Part shown: positions 28,046 through 38,547 of the stretch, piece by piece
How the letters are laid out: every line of letters starts with the position of its first letter
Position numbering within the stretch: position 1 is the first letter of the stretch
Assembly: GCA_015233405.1 (NCBI GenBank)
Contig: JADFXT010000009.1
Span: 10,446 to 74,445 of the forward strand
Origin: Candidatus Omnitrophota bacterium
GTDB taxonomy: Bacteria > Omnitrophota > Gorgyraeia > Zapsychrales > Zapsychraceae
Length of the DNA stretch: 64,000 nucleotides
Reading direction: 5' to 3'
Notes under the pieces: model-generated
Seen by the model: only the letters and a program-made list of their open reading frames with translations
Database searches by the model: none
What the model was told of the DNA's origin: nothing
Made by a program: the position numbers and the translations under genes

Positions 28046-28603
28046 ATGATTGCTAAAGAGATTATCAGAGATACCGAAGCTAAAATGAAAAAAGCCATTG
28101 AATCGGTTCGTCGCGAATTTGGGGAAGTGCGAACCGGACGGGCTCATCCAGGCTTGATTGAAGGTTTGCATGTGGATTATTATGGGACATTAACACTGGT
28201 CAAACAGTTGGCAAACATCTCGATTCCGGATGTGCGCACCATTGTTATTCAGCCGTGGGATGCGTCGGTGATCCCTGAATTAGAAAAGGCCATTTCAAAG
28301 TCCAATTTAGGTGTGACCCCCATGAATGATGGGAAAGTTGTGAGAATTACCATTCCTCAATTGTCCGAAGAGCGAAGAGAAGAATTGAAAAAAGTGGTCA
28401 AGGAAATGGCAGAGCGCGCACGGGTTTCTTTACGAACGATCCGTCGGGACGAGAACGAAAAGATCAAAAAACTTGAATCAGAAAAAAAGGTCTCGGAAGA
28501 TGACGGGTTTCGCGCTCATGATGAAATCCAGAAAATGACGGACAGATTTATTAAAGAAATTGATGTGATCCTAGAGGAAAAAAGTAAAGCCCTGATGAGC
28601 TAA
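28046..28603 (+). CDS. frr: Ribosome recycling factor
   Basis: 185 aa. RTGRAHPGLIEGLHVDYYG...IQPWD...NLGVTPMNDG...RITIPQLSEERR matches Frr. Confidence 0.93.
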   Translation: MIAKEIIRDTEAKMKKAIESVRREFGEVRTGRAHPGLIEGLHVDYYGTLTLVKQLANISIPDVRTIVIQPWDASVIPELEKAISKSNLGVTPMNDGKVVRITIPQLSEERREELKKVVKEMAERARVSLRTIRRDENEKIKKLESEKKVSEDDGFRAHDEIQKMTDRFIKEIDVILEEKSKALMS

Positions 28604-28665
28604 AAAGTTTGAAGGGTTTTTTGTTGGTATTTGATAATTTTTATTTATAATAGAATTCGTTTTTC

Positions 28666-28741
28666 GGGCCACTAGCTCATCTGGCAGAGCACAGCCCTTT
28701 TAAGGCTGGTGTGCCGCGTTCGAGTCGCGGGTGGCCCACCA
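28666..28741 (+). tRNA. tRNA-Lys (anticodon UUU), CCA encoded
   Basis: Cloverleaf folded by hand: GGGCCAC/GTGGCCC acceptor stem, anticodon arm CAGCC-CTTTTAA-GGCTG, T arm CCGCG-TTCGAGT-CGCGG, 76 nt. Confidence 0.9.
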
Positions 28742-28842
28742 AATTTTTTAAACAAAATTTGGTGGGGATTGCCAAAAATTTTATTTTTGGCGGTCCATGA
28801 AAATCTTTGATAAGTGGTCAGTGAATTGTGCCCTTTGTTTCC

Positions 28843-28924
28843 GGGCGGATGGCGGAATTGGTAGACGCGCTAGTCTTAGGAACTAGTGGAGAAATCCATG
28901 GAGGTTCAAGTCCTCTTCCGCCCA
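28843..28924 (+). tRNA. tRNA-Leu (anticodon UAG), long variable arm, no encoded CCA
   Basis: GGGCGGA/TCCGCCC acceptor stem, anticodon arm CTAGT-CTTAGGA-ACTAG, 13-nt variable arm, T arm GGAGG-TTCAAGT-CCTCT, 82 nt. Confidence 0.88.
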
Positions 28925-28931
28925 TAAAAGT

Positions 28932-29082
28932 TATAAGTTGTAAGTCGTAAGCTATAAGTAAAAGCAAAAGGCCTATAAAGGCGAAAGGCAAAGAGGAATT
29001 ATTCGTTCAAGATTTGGTTTTTGTTGTTTTGTTCTTTGATTTTGTTTTTTTTACTTGCCACTTAGCACTTATATCTTAGTAC
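28932..29082. repeat. Long imperfect palindrome between tRNA-Leu and tRNA-Gly, with 7-nt periodic nnTAAGT units in inverted arms
   Basis: The left arm is TATAAGT TGTAAGT CGTAAGC TATAAGT (28932-28960). The reverse complement of the right arm (29052-29082) reads ACTAAGA TATAAGT GCTAAGT GGCAAGT. The centre has a purine-rich half facing a T/G-rich half. Confidence 0.5.
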
Positions 29083-29088
29083 TAATAT

Positions 29089-29162
29089 GCGGCGGTAATT
29101 CAGTTGGCTAGAATGCGACCTTGCCAAGGTTGATGTCGTGGGTTCGAATCCCATCCGCCGCT
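29089..29162 (+). tRNA. tRNA-Gly (anticodon GCC), no encoded CCA
   Basis: GCGGCGG/CCGCCGC acceptor stem, anticodon arm CGACC-TTGCCAA-GGTTG, T arm GTGGG-TTCGAAT-CCCAT, 74 nt. Confidence 0.9.
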
Positions 29163-29242
29163 TAAATGATTTTTTTCTTTCTTATATCAGCTATGTAAGT
29201 CCATTTAATCATAAGAAAGATAAGATAGGAGGGTTTTATCTT

Positions 29243-29716
29243 ATGAAGATGAGTGATTTTCTTTGTTCCAAAGCCGTGACGTCAGATCTTAAAGCCACGA
29301 CGAAAGAAGGCGTTATTCAGGAATTGGTTCAGTTGCTGATCGACGCTGGTGTTTTTGAAAAAAGTTCTAAGAATAAAGTTATTGAAATCTTAATGGCCCG
29401 AGAAGCTTTAGGGTCAACTGCTATCGGCCAGGGCATTGCCATCCCGCACGGGAAAAGCGATTGTGTCGAGAAGCTCATCGGATGCTTAGGCATCAGCAAA
29501 CAAGGCGTCGATTTTGATTCTTTGGACGGTGAACCAGCCCATATCTTTTTTCTTTTAATTGCTCCTATCGATTCTGCCGGCCCTCACCTTAAAGCATTGG
29601 CAAGAATTTCTCGTCTTTTAAAAGACAAATTCATCCGAGACTCTTTAAAAGCAGCAAAAGACGAGAAAATAATGTTAAAAATTATTGAACAGGAAAACGC
29701 ACGACTTTCTGGCTAG
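29243..29716 (+). CDS. ptsN: PTS EIIA (Ntr/fructose-mannitol type) regulatory protein
   Basis: The track ORF start (29138) lies inside tRNA-Gly. ATG 29243 follows RBS AGGAGG. The phosphorylatable His context is GQGIAIPHGK. Confidence 0.8.
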   Translation: MKMSDFLCSKAVTSDLKATTKEGVIQELVQLLIDAGVFEKSSKNKVIEILMAREALGSTAIGQGIAIPHGKSDCVEKLIGCLGISKQGVDFDSLDGEPAHIFFLLIAPIDSAGPHLKALARISRLLKDKFIRDSLKAAKDEKIMLKIIEQENARLSG

Positions 29717-29728
29717 GCCATTATCGTT

Positions 29729-30973
29729 ATGTCGTCGAACAATCCTTTTAAATGGCTCTATCCCGGCATTAAAGTGAAACGGTGGTTGATCGTTTCTTTT
29801 TGCGGGATTATCATCGTCGGCGTCGGTGCGATTTTTGTCGCTACTCCGTATCCGTTCGTTAAGCCATTTGGTGTCTTGTGGATCTTGCTTGGGGTCATCG
29901 TAATTGTTATGGGCGTCGGCAATATGATTGTCTCTTTGCTGACACTGTTTCTTCCTAAAGGTGAACGCGACCTCATCAACATTCTTTATCAGCGTCGTTA
30001 TTTGGAACGCGGGCCTAAGATCGTCGTGATTGGCGGAGGACACGGACTTTCGCATCTGATTTTTGGTCTTAAGGATTACACGGCGAATATTACGGCTATT
30101 GTGACTGTGGCGGATAGTGGCGGGTCCTCAGGCCGGCTTCGGGAAGAATTTAATATTGTCGCCCCCGGCGACATTCGTAACTGTCTCGTGGCCTTAGCAG
30201 ATGCTTCTGCACTGATGGGAGAATTGTTTCAGTTTAGGTTTTCCAAAGATTCAGAGCTTAAAGGCCACAATTTCGGCAATTTATTTTTAACGGCCATGGT
30301 GCAAATCACCGGCGGAGATTTTGAGCGCGCGGTCAAGGAAACCAGCAAGGTCTTGGCAATTCGAGGAAAAGTCGTTCCGTCCACTGTTCACAATGTTCAT
30401 CTCGTCGCGGAATATATGGATGGGACCAGGACCGAAGGGGAAGCAAAGATCCCGGACCGTCAATCAAAAATCAAGCGGTTATCTTTAACGCCTGAGGATG
30501 TGCACCCTACGCAGGATGCCTTAGACGCCATTGATGAGGCGGACGTCATTATTTTAGGCCCGGGCAGTTTATATACCAGCATCATTCCGAATTTGCTCAT
30601 CAAGGGCATGAGCGAAGCTATTGCCAAAGCGAATGCGTTTAAGATTTATATTTGTAATGTCATGACCCAGCGCGGTGAGACCGACGGATATTCGGCCAGC
30701 GAACATTTAAAGGTCATTATTGAGCATTCCAATAAACATGTGGTGGATGCGTGTCTTATTAATAACGCCATACCGCCGGAAGATGCCTTAGGCCGTTATA
30801 AGGCGGAAAAATCCTATCCGGTAAAAGCAGATATTGAAAAAATCGAAGGAATGGGTTATGAAGTTGTCGCGACGGATTTGTTGGGCGTTACGGATTATGT
30901 CCGGCATGACTCCACAAAGTTAAATGCATCATTAATTCGATTGATTTCTTCTCATCGAGTAATAAAAAGATAA
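29729..30973 (+). CDS. YvcK/CofD-like (UPF0052, gluconeogenesis-factor family) protein with an N-terminal two-TM extension
   Basis: The core motifs IVVIGGGHGLS, VTVADSGGSSGRLR and LGPGSLYTSIIPNLL are YvcK-like. The first ~95 aa contain two hydrophobic helices. Confidence 0.8.
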   Translation: MSSNNPFKWLYPGIKVKRWLIVSFCGIIIVGVGAIFVATPYPFVKPFGVLWILLGVIVIVMGVGNMIVSLLTLFLPKGERDLINILYQRRYLERGPKIVVIGGGHGLSHLIFGLKDYTANITAIVTVADSGGSSGRLREEFNIVAPGDIRNCLVALADASALMGELFQFRFSKDSELKGHNFGNLFLTAMVQITGGDFERAVKETSKVLAIRGKVVPSTVHNVHLVAEYMDGTRTEGEAKIPDRQSKIKRLSLTPEDVHPTQDALDAIDEADVIILGPGSLYTSIIPNLLIKGMSEAIAKANAFKIYICNVMTQRGETDGYSASEHLKVIIEHSNKHVVDACLINNAIPPEDALGRYKAEKSYPVKADIEKIEGMGYEVVATDLLGVTDYVRHDSTKLNASLIRLISSHRVIKR

Positions 30974-30977
30974 TTTT

Positions 30978-31244
30978 ATGCCGCACATTCAGAAAGAGAT
31001 TATTATCAAGAATAAACAGGGGTTGCATGCCCGTCCGGCTGCGATGCTTGTTCAGATTGTTTCTAAATTCAATGCGACGGTCAATTTGGAAAAGGACGGA
31101 CAAAAGGTCAATGGACGTTCCATCATGGGCATTTTAACGTTGGGCGCCCAGAAAGATTCGAACCTGCTGATTGAAGCCGATGGTGATGATGCCCAGGATG
31201 TGGTTAACGAGATTGAAAAATTATTAACTCAGGAGAGCTTCTAA
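30978..31244 (+). CDS. ptsH: Phosphocarrier protein HPr/NPr
   Basis: 88 aa. The active-site context is [14 protein letters not shown] (His15 equivalent). Confidence 0.88.
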   Translation: MPHIQKEIIIKNKQGLHARPAAMLVQIVSKFNATVNLEKDGQKVNGRSIMGILTLGAQKDSNLLIEADGDDAQDVVNEIEKLLTQESF

Positions 31245-31245
31245 A

Positions 31246-33003
31246 ATGGATGAAATTGTTTTAAAAGGTATTCCGGCCGCTCCGGGTATTGCGTATGGGC
31301 GGACGTTTATCTTGGATAAGCAAGAATTCATTGTTCCTGCTCGCTCCATTATGGAGGAAGAAGTCCCTGTAGAAATCGCGCGTTTTGAAGAGGCCTTGAT
31401 CAAGACCCGGCAAGAAATTTTAACGATCCAGAAAAAGTTGAGCACGGACAGGGATTCGAAACATGCCCAAATCTTAGACGCCCATCTTTTGGTTCTGGAG
31501 GATCGTTCTCTCATTGAGGACGTGATCCAAAATATCCGCGCACAGAAATATTCCGCGGAGTATACCTTTTTTGAAGTCCTAAAAAAATATGTGAAGATCT
31601 TTTCCACGATTGAAGATGAATATTTAAAAGAAAGAGTCGTTGATATCAATGACGTCGGCCGGCGTGTTTTAAAGAATCTCATGGATGAAACGAAAATGCA
31701 TGAGTTTGAGCATCTTGAAGAAGAGATCATTATCGTCAGCCACGACTTGTCGCCTTCAGACACGGCGAATATGTTTAATAAAAATATTCTTGCTTTTGTT
31801 ACGGATATCGGCGGGCCGACATCGCATACGGCGATCATGGCCAAATCGTTAGGCGTTCCAGCGGTCGTGGGACTAAAGGATGCGACGCTTAGGATTTATA
31901 ATCAGGATTACATTATTGTCGACGGACGAAAAGGTTTGATCATTATCCATCCGACCGAAGAAACTAAGTCTTTGTACCGCAAGGAGCAGGATCGGATTGT
32001 CAAATTCCGCAATCAATTTCAGGATATCAAGAATCTTCCGGCAAAGACCAAAGATGGCCGTCAGGTGGGAATCCTGGCCAATCTGGAATTGGCTGAAGAA
32101 GCTTTGACCAGCCAGGAACATGGCGCCGAAGGAATTGGCTTATACCGCACAGAATATTTTTATATGAACCGTATTGATTTGCCGTCGGAAGAAGAACAGT
32201 TTGAGGCCTATAAAAAAGTCGCTCAATCCATGCCGTCAAAACCGGTTACGATCCGGACGTTGGATTTGGGCGGAGATAAATTTATTTCAAGCCTTCAGAT
32301 CCCGCGGGACATGTATCCATTTTTAGGCTGGAGGGCCATCCGTTTTTGTTTAGCCTGCCCGGAGATTTTTAAGTCGCAATTAAGGGCCATTTTAAGGGCC
32401 TCCGCGTATGGAGATTTACGGATCATGTATCCGATGATTTCAGGCATCAAGGAACTGCGCCAAGCTAACGCTATTTTAGATGAAGTCAAAAAGGGTTTAA
32501 AAGAAAAAAAGATTCCTTTCAATGAGCGAATTCCCGTCGGGATAATGATCGAAGTTCCTTCGGCTGCGATGATGGCGGATATTTTTGCCAAGGAAACGGA
32601 TTTCTTCAGTATCGGTACCAATGACCTGATTCAATATACGCTGGCCGTTGACCGCGTAAATGAACAAACTGCGGATTTGTATGACCCGTATCATCCGGCG
32701 GTTTTGCGGTTTATTCAGAAGACCGTGGATGCGGCCCATCAAGCTAAAATCCCGGTGAGTCTTTGCGGAGAAATGGGCAGTGAGCCGCTATCTGCATTTA
32801 TTTTGCTCGGGTTAGGTATAGATATTTTGAGTATGACATCGTTAAGCATTTTGCAGATTAAGAATCTGATCCGGAATGTCAGTTTTAAGGACGCCCAGGA
32901 ATTAGCGAAGCGCGTGGTCAATTTATCGACGGGCTCAGAAGTTGAAGAAATGGCTAAGGCAAAACTAAAGGCCATTGCCCCTAATCTTTTCGGGTTCAAT
33001 TAA
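31246..33003 (+). CDS. ptsI: Phosphoenolpyruvate-protein phosphotransferase (Enzyme I)
   Basis: 585 aa. [21 protein letters not shown] (active-site His), [25 protein letters not shown] and SLCGEMG are present. There is no N-terminal GAF domain. Confidence 0.9.
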   Translation: MDEIVLKGIPAAPGIAYGRTFILDKQEFIVPARSIMEEEVPVEIARFEEALIKTRQEILTIQKKLSTDRDSKHAQILDAHLLVLEDRSLIEDVIQNIRAQKYSAEYTFFEVLKKYVKIFSTIEDEYLKERVVDINDVGRRVLKNLMDETKMHEFEHLEEEIIIVSHDLSPSDTANMFNKNILAFVTDIGGPTSHTAIMAKSLGVPAVVGLKDATLRIYNQDYIIVDGRKGLIIIHPTEETKSLYRKEQDRIVKFRNQFQDIKNLPAKTKDGRQVGILANLELAEEALTSQEHGAEGIGLYRTEYFYMNRIDLPSEEEQFEAYKKVAQSMPSKPVTIRTLDLGGDKFISSLQIPRDMYPFLGWRAIRFCLACPEIFKSQLRAILRASAYGDLRIMYPMISGIKELRQANAILDEVKKGLKEKKIPFNERIPVGIMIEVPSAAMMADIFAKETDFFSIGTNDLIQYTLAVDRVNEQTADLYDPYHPAVLRFIQKTVDAAHQAKIPVSLCGEMGSEPLSAFILLGLGIDILSMTSLSILQIKNLIRNVSFKDAQELAKRVVNLSTGSEVEEMAKAKLKAIAPNLFGFN

Positions 33004-33007
33004 AAAC

Positions 33008-33736
33008 ATGAAAGCACTCATTTTAGCTGCAGGGTATGGAACCAGGCTTTATCCTCTTGTTCAGGATACGCCGAAGGCCTTCTTGGAGGTCAAGGGCCGG
33101 ACTTTGATCGGACATATCGTTGATAAGATCAAAGGCGTGGAAGGCTTGGAGGAAATCCTTGTTGTTACTAATAACAAGTTTTATTCTGATTTTAAAAATT
33201 GGGCGCAGCACCAGCCTTTTAATATCCGGGTTATTAACGATGGGACGGACACTCCGGAACAAAGGCTTGGATCCATTGGGGATATTCATTTTGCTTTAAC
33301 GCAATATGCTTTCTCCGACGATCTCTTAGTCGTAGGAAGCGATAATCTTTTTAATTTTAATTTGGGGGATTTTTTTAAATTTGCCAAACAAAAAAGTCAT
33401 TCGGCGACCATTGGGCTTTATGATATAGGAGATATTTCGCAGGCGCATAAATTTGGCGTGGTTTCTGTAGATAAAGATAAAAAGATCACGTTATTTGAAG
33501 AAAAACCGGAAAAGCCCCAATCAACACTCATTGCCATGTGTTTTTATTATTTTCCGCGAGAAACCGTTGATTTGACGTTTCAATATGTCAAGGAAGTTGA
33601 GAAGGCGGACAGGGCTGGGGATTATATCAAATGGATTGCCGAGCGGCACTCTGTTTACGGATTTACCTTCAGCGGAAAGTGGTATGATATCGGCAGCATT
33701 GAGTCTTACAAGGACGCGCAGGAAAACTTTTCATAA
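33008..33736 (+). CDS. Sugar-phosphate nucleotidyltransferase (NTP_transferase family)
   Basis: MKALILAAGYGTRLYPL is the G-x-G-T-R signature. The track start 32975 overlaps ptsI; ATG 33008 fits the family N-terminus. Confidence 0.75.
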   Translation: MKALILAAGYGTRLYPLVQDTPKAFLEVKGRTLIGHIVDKIKGVEGLEEILVVTNNKFYSDFKNWAQHQPFNIRVINDGTDTPEQRLGSIGDIHFALTQYAFSDDLLVVGSDNLFNFNLGDFFKFAKQKSHSATIGLYDIGDISQAHKFGVVSVDKDKKITLFEEKPEKPQSTLIAMCFYYFPRETVDLTFQYVKEVEKADRAGDYIKWIAERHSVYGFTFSGKWYDIGSIESYKDAQENFS

Positions 33737-33825
33737 GGTAATTATCGCTGGAAATCCAAAAAATTGATGATAATATAATTAACTATTAAATTGCAATTAA
33801 ACGTGACAACGGAAAGGAATCAAGA

Positions 33826-34977
33826 ATGAAAGGAACGCATTTTTTTACATCAGAATCAGTAGGAAAAGGTCATCCGGATAAATGCTGCGACCAGATTTCA
33901 GATGCTGTTTTGGATGCGGTGTTAAAAGATGATCCCAAAGGCCGTGTGGCTTGTGAAACGTTTATCTCGACAGGATTAGTTATTGTCGGCGGGGAAATCA
34001 CTACAAAAACTTATGTGGATGTTCATAAACTTGTCCGATCTGTTTTGCAAGATATTGGCTATACAGATCAGCGATATGGTTTTGATGCCGCCACCTGTTC
34101 TATTTTAAACGCCATTAATGCTCAATCGCCGGATATTTCGCAAGGCGTTGACGCCGGTGGAGCTGGGGACCAGGGTATTATGTTCGGATATGCCTGTGAT
34201 GAAACACCGGAATTGATGCCGATTGCTATTACATTGGCACATAAACTAGTCCAAAGAGAAGAAGAAGTCCGTAATAAGAAAATTTTGGATTACTTAGGCC
34301 CGGATTGCAAAAGCCAGGTGACCATGGAATATCATGACGACAAACCTGTCCGCGTGGACGCGGTTGTCCTTGCCTGCCAGCATTTAGAGAAGATCCTTGA
34401 TAAGACGGGAAAGAAAATCACGGCCAAGGCTCGTCAGGAAATCATTGACGAAGTGGCTATGCCGGTCGTAGGGAAATTGATCGACAAGAAAACAAAGTTC
34501 TATGTGAATGAAACCGGTAAATTCGTCGTGGGTGGTCCGCAATCTGATACGGGTGTGACCGGCCGAAAGATCGTTGTTGATACCTATGGCGGATTTGTTC
34601 CGCATGGTGGTGGAGCGTTCTCTGGAAAAGATCCGACCAAAGTCGATCGTTCTGCCGCTTATATGGCTCGCTATATTACCAAGAACATCGTGGCCGCAAA
34701 ATTAGCCAAGAGATGCTTGATTCAATTAAGTTATGTCATCGGAAAAGCAGAACCGGTTAGCGCTATGGTGGAAACATATGGAACCGGTGTCGTTTCCGAC
34801 GAGAAATTAGAGAAATTGGTGCGTAAGCACTTTGATTTAACTCCGAGAGGGATTATTCAGTCGCTGGATCTTTTGAAACCGCATTATCAAAAGACCGCTT
34901 CCTATGGACATTTTGGCCGTAGCGATTTCAATTGGGAAAAGACAAACAAAGCCGAAGCTTTAAAAAAGGACGCATAA
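33826..34977 (+). CDS. metK: S-adenosylmethionine synthetase
   Basis: [37 protein letters not shown] and [16 protein letters not shown] are present. Confidence 0.95.
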   Translation: MKGTHFFTSESVGKGHPDKCCDQISDAVLDAVLKDDPKGRVACETFISTGLVIVGGEITTKTYVDVHKLVRSVLQDIGYTDQRYGFDAATCSILNAINAQSPDISQGVDAGGAGDQGIMFGYACDETPELMPIAITLAHKLVQREEEVRNKKILDYLGPDCKSQVTMEYHDDKPVRVDAVVLACQHLEKILDKTGKKITAKARQEIIDEVAMPVVGKLIDKKTKFYVNETGKFVVGGPQSDTGVTGRKIVVDTYGGFVPHGGGAFSGKDPTKVDRSAAYMARYITKNIVAAKLAKRCLIQLSYVIGKAEPVSAMVETYGTGVVSDEKLEKLVRKHFDLTPRGIIQSLDLLKPHYQKTASYGHFGRSDFNWEKTNKAEALKKDA

Positions 34978-34980
34978 ATC

Positions 34981-36393
34981 ATGGCAAAGCAGAAAATAGT
35001 GGACTATAAAGTCAAAGATATGTCTTTGGCTTCGTTTGGCCATAAAGAAATAGAATTAGCTGAAGCGGAAATGCCGGGGTTGATGGCGCTTCAGAAAAAA
35101 TACGGAGCGAAAAAGCCTTTAAAAGGTGCCAGAATTACAGGTTCGCTTCATATGACAATTCAGACGGCGGTTTTGATTAAAACGCTAGTTGAATTAGGCG
35201 CTAAGGTCCGCTGGGCGAGCTGTAATATTTTCTCAACGCAAGACCATGCCGCAGCCGCGATCGCGGATTTAGGTATTCCTGTTTTCGCCTGGAAAGGGGA
35301 AACATTAAAGGAATATTGGTGGTGTACGAAGCAGGCCTTGATGTTCCCGAATGGCCAAGGCCCGACGTTGATCGTTGACGACGGCGGGGATGCGACCATG
35401 ATGGTCCATAAAGGCTGTGAAGCCGAAGATAATCCTAAGGTTTTGGATGTTAAAGTGGAAGGCAAAGATGAGCAGGAACTTTTTGCTATCCTCAAAGAGA
35501 CCTTAAAGGAAGATAATAAAATCTGGCATAAGATGGCCAAGGAAATTAAAGGCGTTTCCGAAGAGACAACAACGGGCGTTCACCGGCTGTATCAAATGAT
35601 GAACGACAAGAAATTGTTGTTTCCGGCTTTTAACGTCAATGATTCCGTGACCAAATCCAAGTTTGATAACCTTTACGGCTGCCGTGAATCGTTGGCCGAC
35701 GGTATTAAACGTGCGACGGACATTATGGTCGCCGGCAAAGTGGTTGTGGTTTGCGGTTACGGCGACGTCGGCAAAGGCTGCGCTCATTCGATGAAAAGCT
35801 ACGGCGCACGGGTCATCATTACCGAGATCGACCCGATTTGTGCTTTGCAGGCCGCGATGGAAGGTTATGAAGTTAAAACTTTGGAAGAGGCTTTACCGGA
35901 AGGCAATATTTTCGTCACCGCCACCGGTAATAGCGATATTATCACCGCCGAGCATATGGCCAAGATGAAAGATAAGGCGATTATCTGTAATATTGGTCAT
36001 TTTGATAATGAAATCCAGGTTTCTCAACTGGAAAAATGGCGTGGCATCAAACGTGAAAATATCAAGCCCCAGGTGGACCAGTATTATTTCCCCGACGGGC
36101 ATTCGATCATTCTTTTGGCGGAAGGCCGGTTGGTGAATTTAGGATGCGCTACAGGCCATCCTTCATTTGTCATGAGCAATTCTTTTACGAATCAGACCTT
36201 GGCTCAAATGGAATTGTGGCAAAAGGATTACGCCATTGGGGTTTACCGCTTGCCGAAAAAGTTGGATGAAGAAGTTGCGCGTCTTCACTTAGAATTGATC
36301 GGCGCTAAATTGACGAAATTGACAGATAAACAGGCGAAATATATCGGCGTTTCCGTCGATGGTCCGTATAAGCCTGAGCATTATCGGTATTAA
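34981..36393 (+). CDS. ahcY: Adenosylhomocysteinase
   Basis: 470 aa. [50 protein letters not shown] and NIGHFDNEI are present. Confidence 0.95.
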   Translation: MAKQKIVDYKVKDMSLASFGHKEIELAEAEMPGLMALQKKYGAKKPLKGARITGSLHMTIQTAVLIKTLVELGAKVRWASCNIFSTQDHAAAAIADLGIPVFAWKGETLKEYWWCTKQALMFPNGQGPTLIVDDGGDATMMVHKGCEAEDNPKVLDVKVEGKDEQELFAILKETLKEDNKIWHKMAKEIKGVSEETTTGVHRLYQMMNDKKLLFPAFNVNDSVTKSKFDNLYGCRESLADGIKRATDIMVAGKVVVVCGYGDVGKGCAHSMKSYGARVIITEIDPICALQAAMEGYEVKTLEEALPEGNIFVTATGNSDIITAEHMAKMKDKAIICNIGHFDNEIQVSQLEKWRGIKRENIKPQVDQYYFPDGHSIILLAEGRLVNLGCATGHPSFVMSNSFTNQTLAQMELWQKDYAIGVYRLPKKLDEEVARLHLELIGAKLTKLTDKQAKYIGVSVDGPYKPEHYRY

Positions 36394-36401
36394 AATAAAG
36401 C

Positions 36402-36507
36402 TGTCATTCCCGCGAAAGCGGGAATCCAGGTACTAAGGGCGGAATTTCCAGTAACGATGAAATATTTTAAAAGAATTTACTGGATCCCCGCTTTCGCGGG
36501 GATGACA
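36402..36507. repeat. MITE/REP-like palindromic element, copy 1 (TGTCATTCCCGCGAAAGCGGGAATCCAG ... TGGATCCCCGCTTTCGCGGGGATGACA)
   Basis: Two inverted hairpin units (36402-36429 and 36481-36507) lie between the ahcY stop and the pfkA start. Their terminal inverted repeats are TGTCAT/ATGACA. Confidence 0.85.
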
Positions 36508-36535
36508 AAATTTATGTGGTAGAGGAGTTTTTTGT

Positions 36536-37498
36536 ATGGCTAAGAAAGTTGGAATCCTTTGTTCTGGTGGAGATGGCCCGGGAATGAATGCGGCTATCCG
36601 TAGTGTCGTGCGCTGTTCTTTAGCCGCCGGCATGGAGGCCGTGGGGATCATGCGCGGATACCAGGGAATCTTCGACGAGGATTTTATTTCGATGAATCAT
36701 CGCTCCGTTTCCGGTATCATCGACCGGGGCGGTACTATTCTTAAAACTGCGCGCTGTAAAGAATTTACAACCGATGAAGGCCAGAAAAAAGCGGTGGAGA
36801 TCTTACGCAAGCATGGGATTGATGTCGTGGTTGTTATTGGCGGCGACGGCAGTTACCGTGGGGCTAATGCGATTTGGCAGAAATTCCAGTATCCGGTCAT
36901 TGGTCTTCCGGGGACGATTGATAATGATCTAAACGGTACTGACCAGACCATTGGTTGCTATACGGCGGTCCACACAGCTTTGGAAGCCATCGATAAAATC
37001 CGTGATACGGCGCACAGCATGGAACGGATTTTTATCGTAGAGGTCATGGGTAATAAATCCGGCTACATTGCCGTCGAGGTTGCCTTAGGCGCCGGCGCGG
37101 AAGAAGTTATTGTTCCTGAGAGAAAATTTGATTACGAACGAATGAATCAGGAAATAAGGGAAGGCCGTCAAAAAGGAAAAGTCAGTTGGATTGTTGTTGT
37201 GGCCGAAGGGGCTGGCAAGGCCGCGGACATCGCAACAGCGATTACAACCATGACCGGTTTTGAAACCCGCTATGTTGTCTTAGGTCATGTTCAGCGTGGC
37301 GGTTGCCCGCTGGGCCAGGACCGCATTTTAGCCACGCGTGTAGGCGCGGCGGCGGTTGACCTGATTGCCCAAGGCATTTATGGCAAGGCCGTTGGTGTTC
37401 TTCAAAATAAAATTAACGTGGTCGATCTTAAAGATGCAACGCAAAAAGAGTTTGACCACATTGATGAATATATGAGTTTAGTAAGACGATTAACCTAA
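36536..37498 (+). CDS. pfkA: ATP-dependent 6-phosphofructokinase
   Basis: GGDGPGMNAAIR, VIGGDGSYRGA, PGTIDNDL and MGNKSGYIA are present. Confidence 0.92.
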   Translation: MAKKVGILCSGGDGPGMNAAIRSVVRCSLAAGMEAVGIMRGYQGIFDEDFISMNHRSVSGIIDRGGTILKTARCKEFTTDEGQKKAVEILRKHGIDVVVVIGGDGSYRGANAIWQKFQYPVIGLPGTIDNDLNGTDQTIGCYTAVHTALEAIDKIRDTAHSMERIFIVEVMGNKSGYIAVEVALGAGAEEVIVPERKFDYERMNQEIREGRQKGKVSWIVVVAEGAGKAADIATAITTMTGFETRYVVLGHVQRGGCPLGQDRILATRVGAAAVDLIAQGIYGKAVGVLQNKINVVDLKDATQKEFDHIDEYMSLVRRLT

Positions 37499-37531
37499 AT
37501 AAACAGGAAACAAAATCGGAAGGAGCAGGGT

Positions 37532-38521
37532 ATGGCAAAAATTTACTATGATAAAGATGCGGACTTAGGCGTCCTTAAGAACAAAACAATCGCGATCATC
37601 GGTTATGGGATTCAGGGTCGCGGGCAAGCGCTTAATTTGCGCGACAGTGGTCTTAATGTTATCGTCAGCGAGCTCGAGGATACTCCCAATTATCAGGCGG
37701 CAGTTGCCGACGGATTTATCCCGATGGATGCAAAAAAAGCAGCGAAGCAGGCACATATTATCCAGATCTTGACCCAGGACCATGTGCAGGCGATGGTCTA
37801 TAAAAAGTCCATCAAGAAACAGTTGTCTAAAGGAAAGGCCCTTGTCTTTTCACATGGATTTAATATTCATTTTAAGCAGATCGTTCCGCCGGCAGATGTG
37901 GACGTCTGGATGATCGCACCCAAAGGTCCGGGCGCTTTGGTCCGCCAGCAATATGAAGAAGGTAAAGGCGTGCCTTGCTTAGTCGCCATTTATCAAGATG
38001 CTTCAGGAAACGCATTACAAGAAGCATTGGCATATGCCAAAGGTTTAGGAGGCACACGCGCGGGTGTTATTCAAACCACATTCGCCGAAGAAACTGAAAC
38101 GGATCTTTTTGGGGAACAGGTTGTCCTTTGCGGTGGAACTTCCGAGCTTATTAAGGCCGGATTTGAAACCCTAGTTGCCGCCGGGTATCAGCCAGAGATC
38201 GCCTATTACGAATGTCTTCATGAGCTAAAGCTCATTACAGACCTTATTTATAAGGTAGGGATTGACGGGATGCGTAAGCGCGTTTCCGATACGGCTGAAT
38301 ATGGCGATTATAGCCGCGGCCCGAGAATTATTAACGAGCGTACGCGTAAAGAAATGCAAAAAATCCTTAAAGAAATCAAAGATGGCAAGTTCGCCCGCGA
38401 ATGGATACGGGAGAACAAGAAGGGCCGTCCGAATTTTAACAAATGGCGCGAAGATTCAGCAAAGCATCAGATTGAAGCTGTCGGGACGAAGCTGCGCAAG
38501 ATGATGCCCTGGATGGAGTAA
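37532..38521 (+). CDS. ilvC: Ketol-acid reductoisomerase (class I)
   Basis: [30 protein letters not shown] and [17 protein letters not shown] are present. Confidence 0.93.
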   Translation: MAKIYYDKDADLGVLKNKTIAIIGYGIQGRGQALNLRDSGLNVIVSELEDTPNYQAAVADGFIPMDAKKAAKQAHIIQILTQDHVQAMVYKKSIKKQLSKGKALVFSHGFNIHFKQIVPPADVDVWMIAPKGPGALVRQQYEEGKGVPCLVAIYQDASGNALQEALAYAKGLGGTRAGVIQTTFAEETETDLFGEQVVLCGGTSELIKAGFETLVAAGYQPEIAYYECLHELKLITDLIYKVGIDGMRKRVSDTAEYGDYSRGPRIINERTRKEMQKILKEIKDGKFAREWIRENKKGRPNFNKWREDSAKHQIEAVGTKLRKMMPWME

Positions 38522-38547
38522 AACAAAAGTTTAAGTACACATTAAGC

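Noticed and set aside
29138-29242. Track start at 29138 for ptsN
   Set aside because: The first codons lie inside tRNA-Gly (29089-29162). ATG 29243, preceded by AGGAGG, gives a normal EIIA N-terminus.
31224-31844. 206-aa minus-strand ORF
   Set aside because: It is entirely antisense to ptsI, whose Enzyme I motifs are unambiguous. It has no RBS or recognisable motif.
36433-36651. Minus-strand 72-aa ORF (...FCHPRESGDPVNSF...), and likewise 42659-42895 and 51480-51677
   Set aside because: They are read through the palindromic TGTCAT...ATGACA repeat elements and the 5' ends of real genes. Peptides of the type PRESGDP arise from translating the repeat and do not indicate genes.
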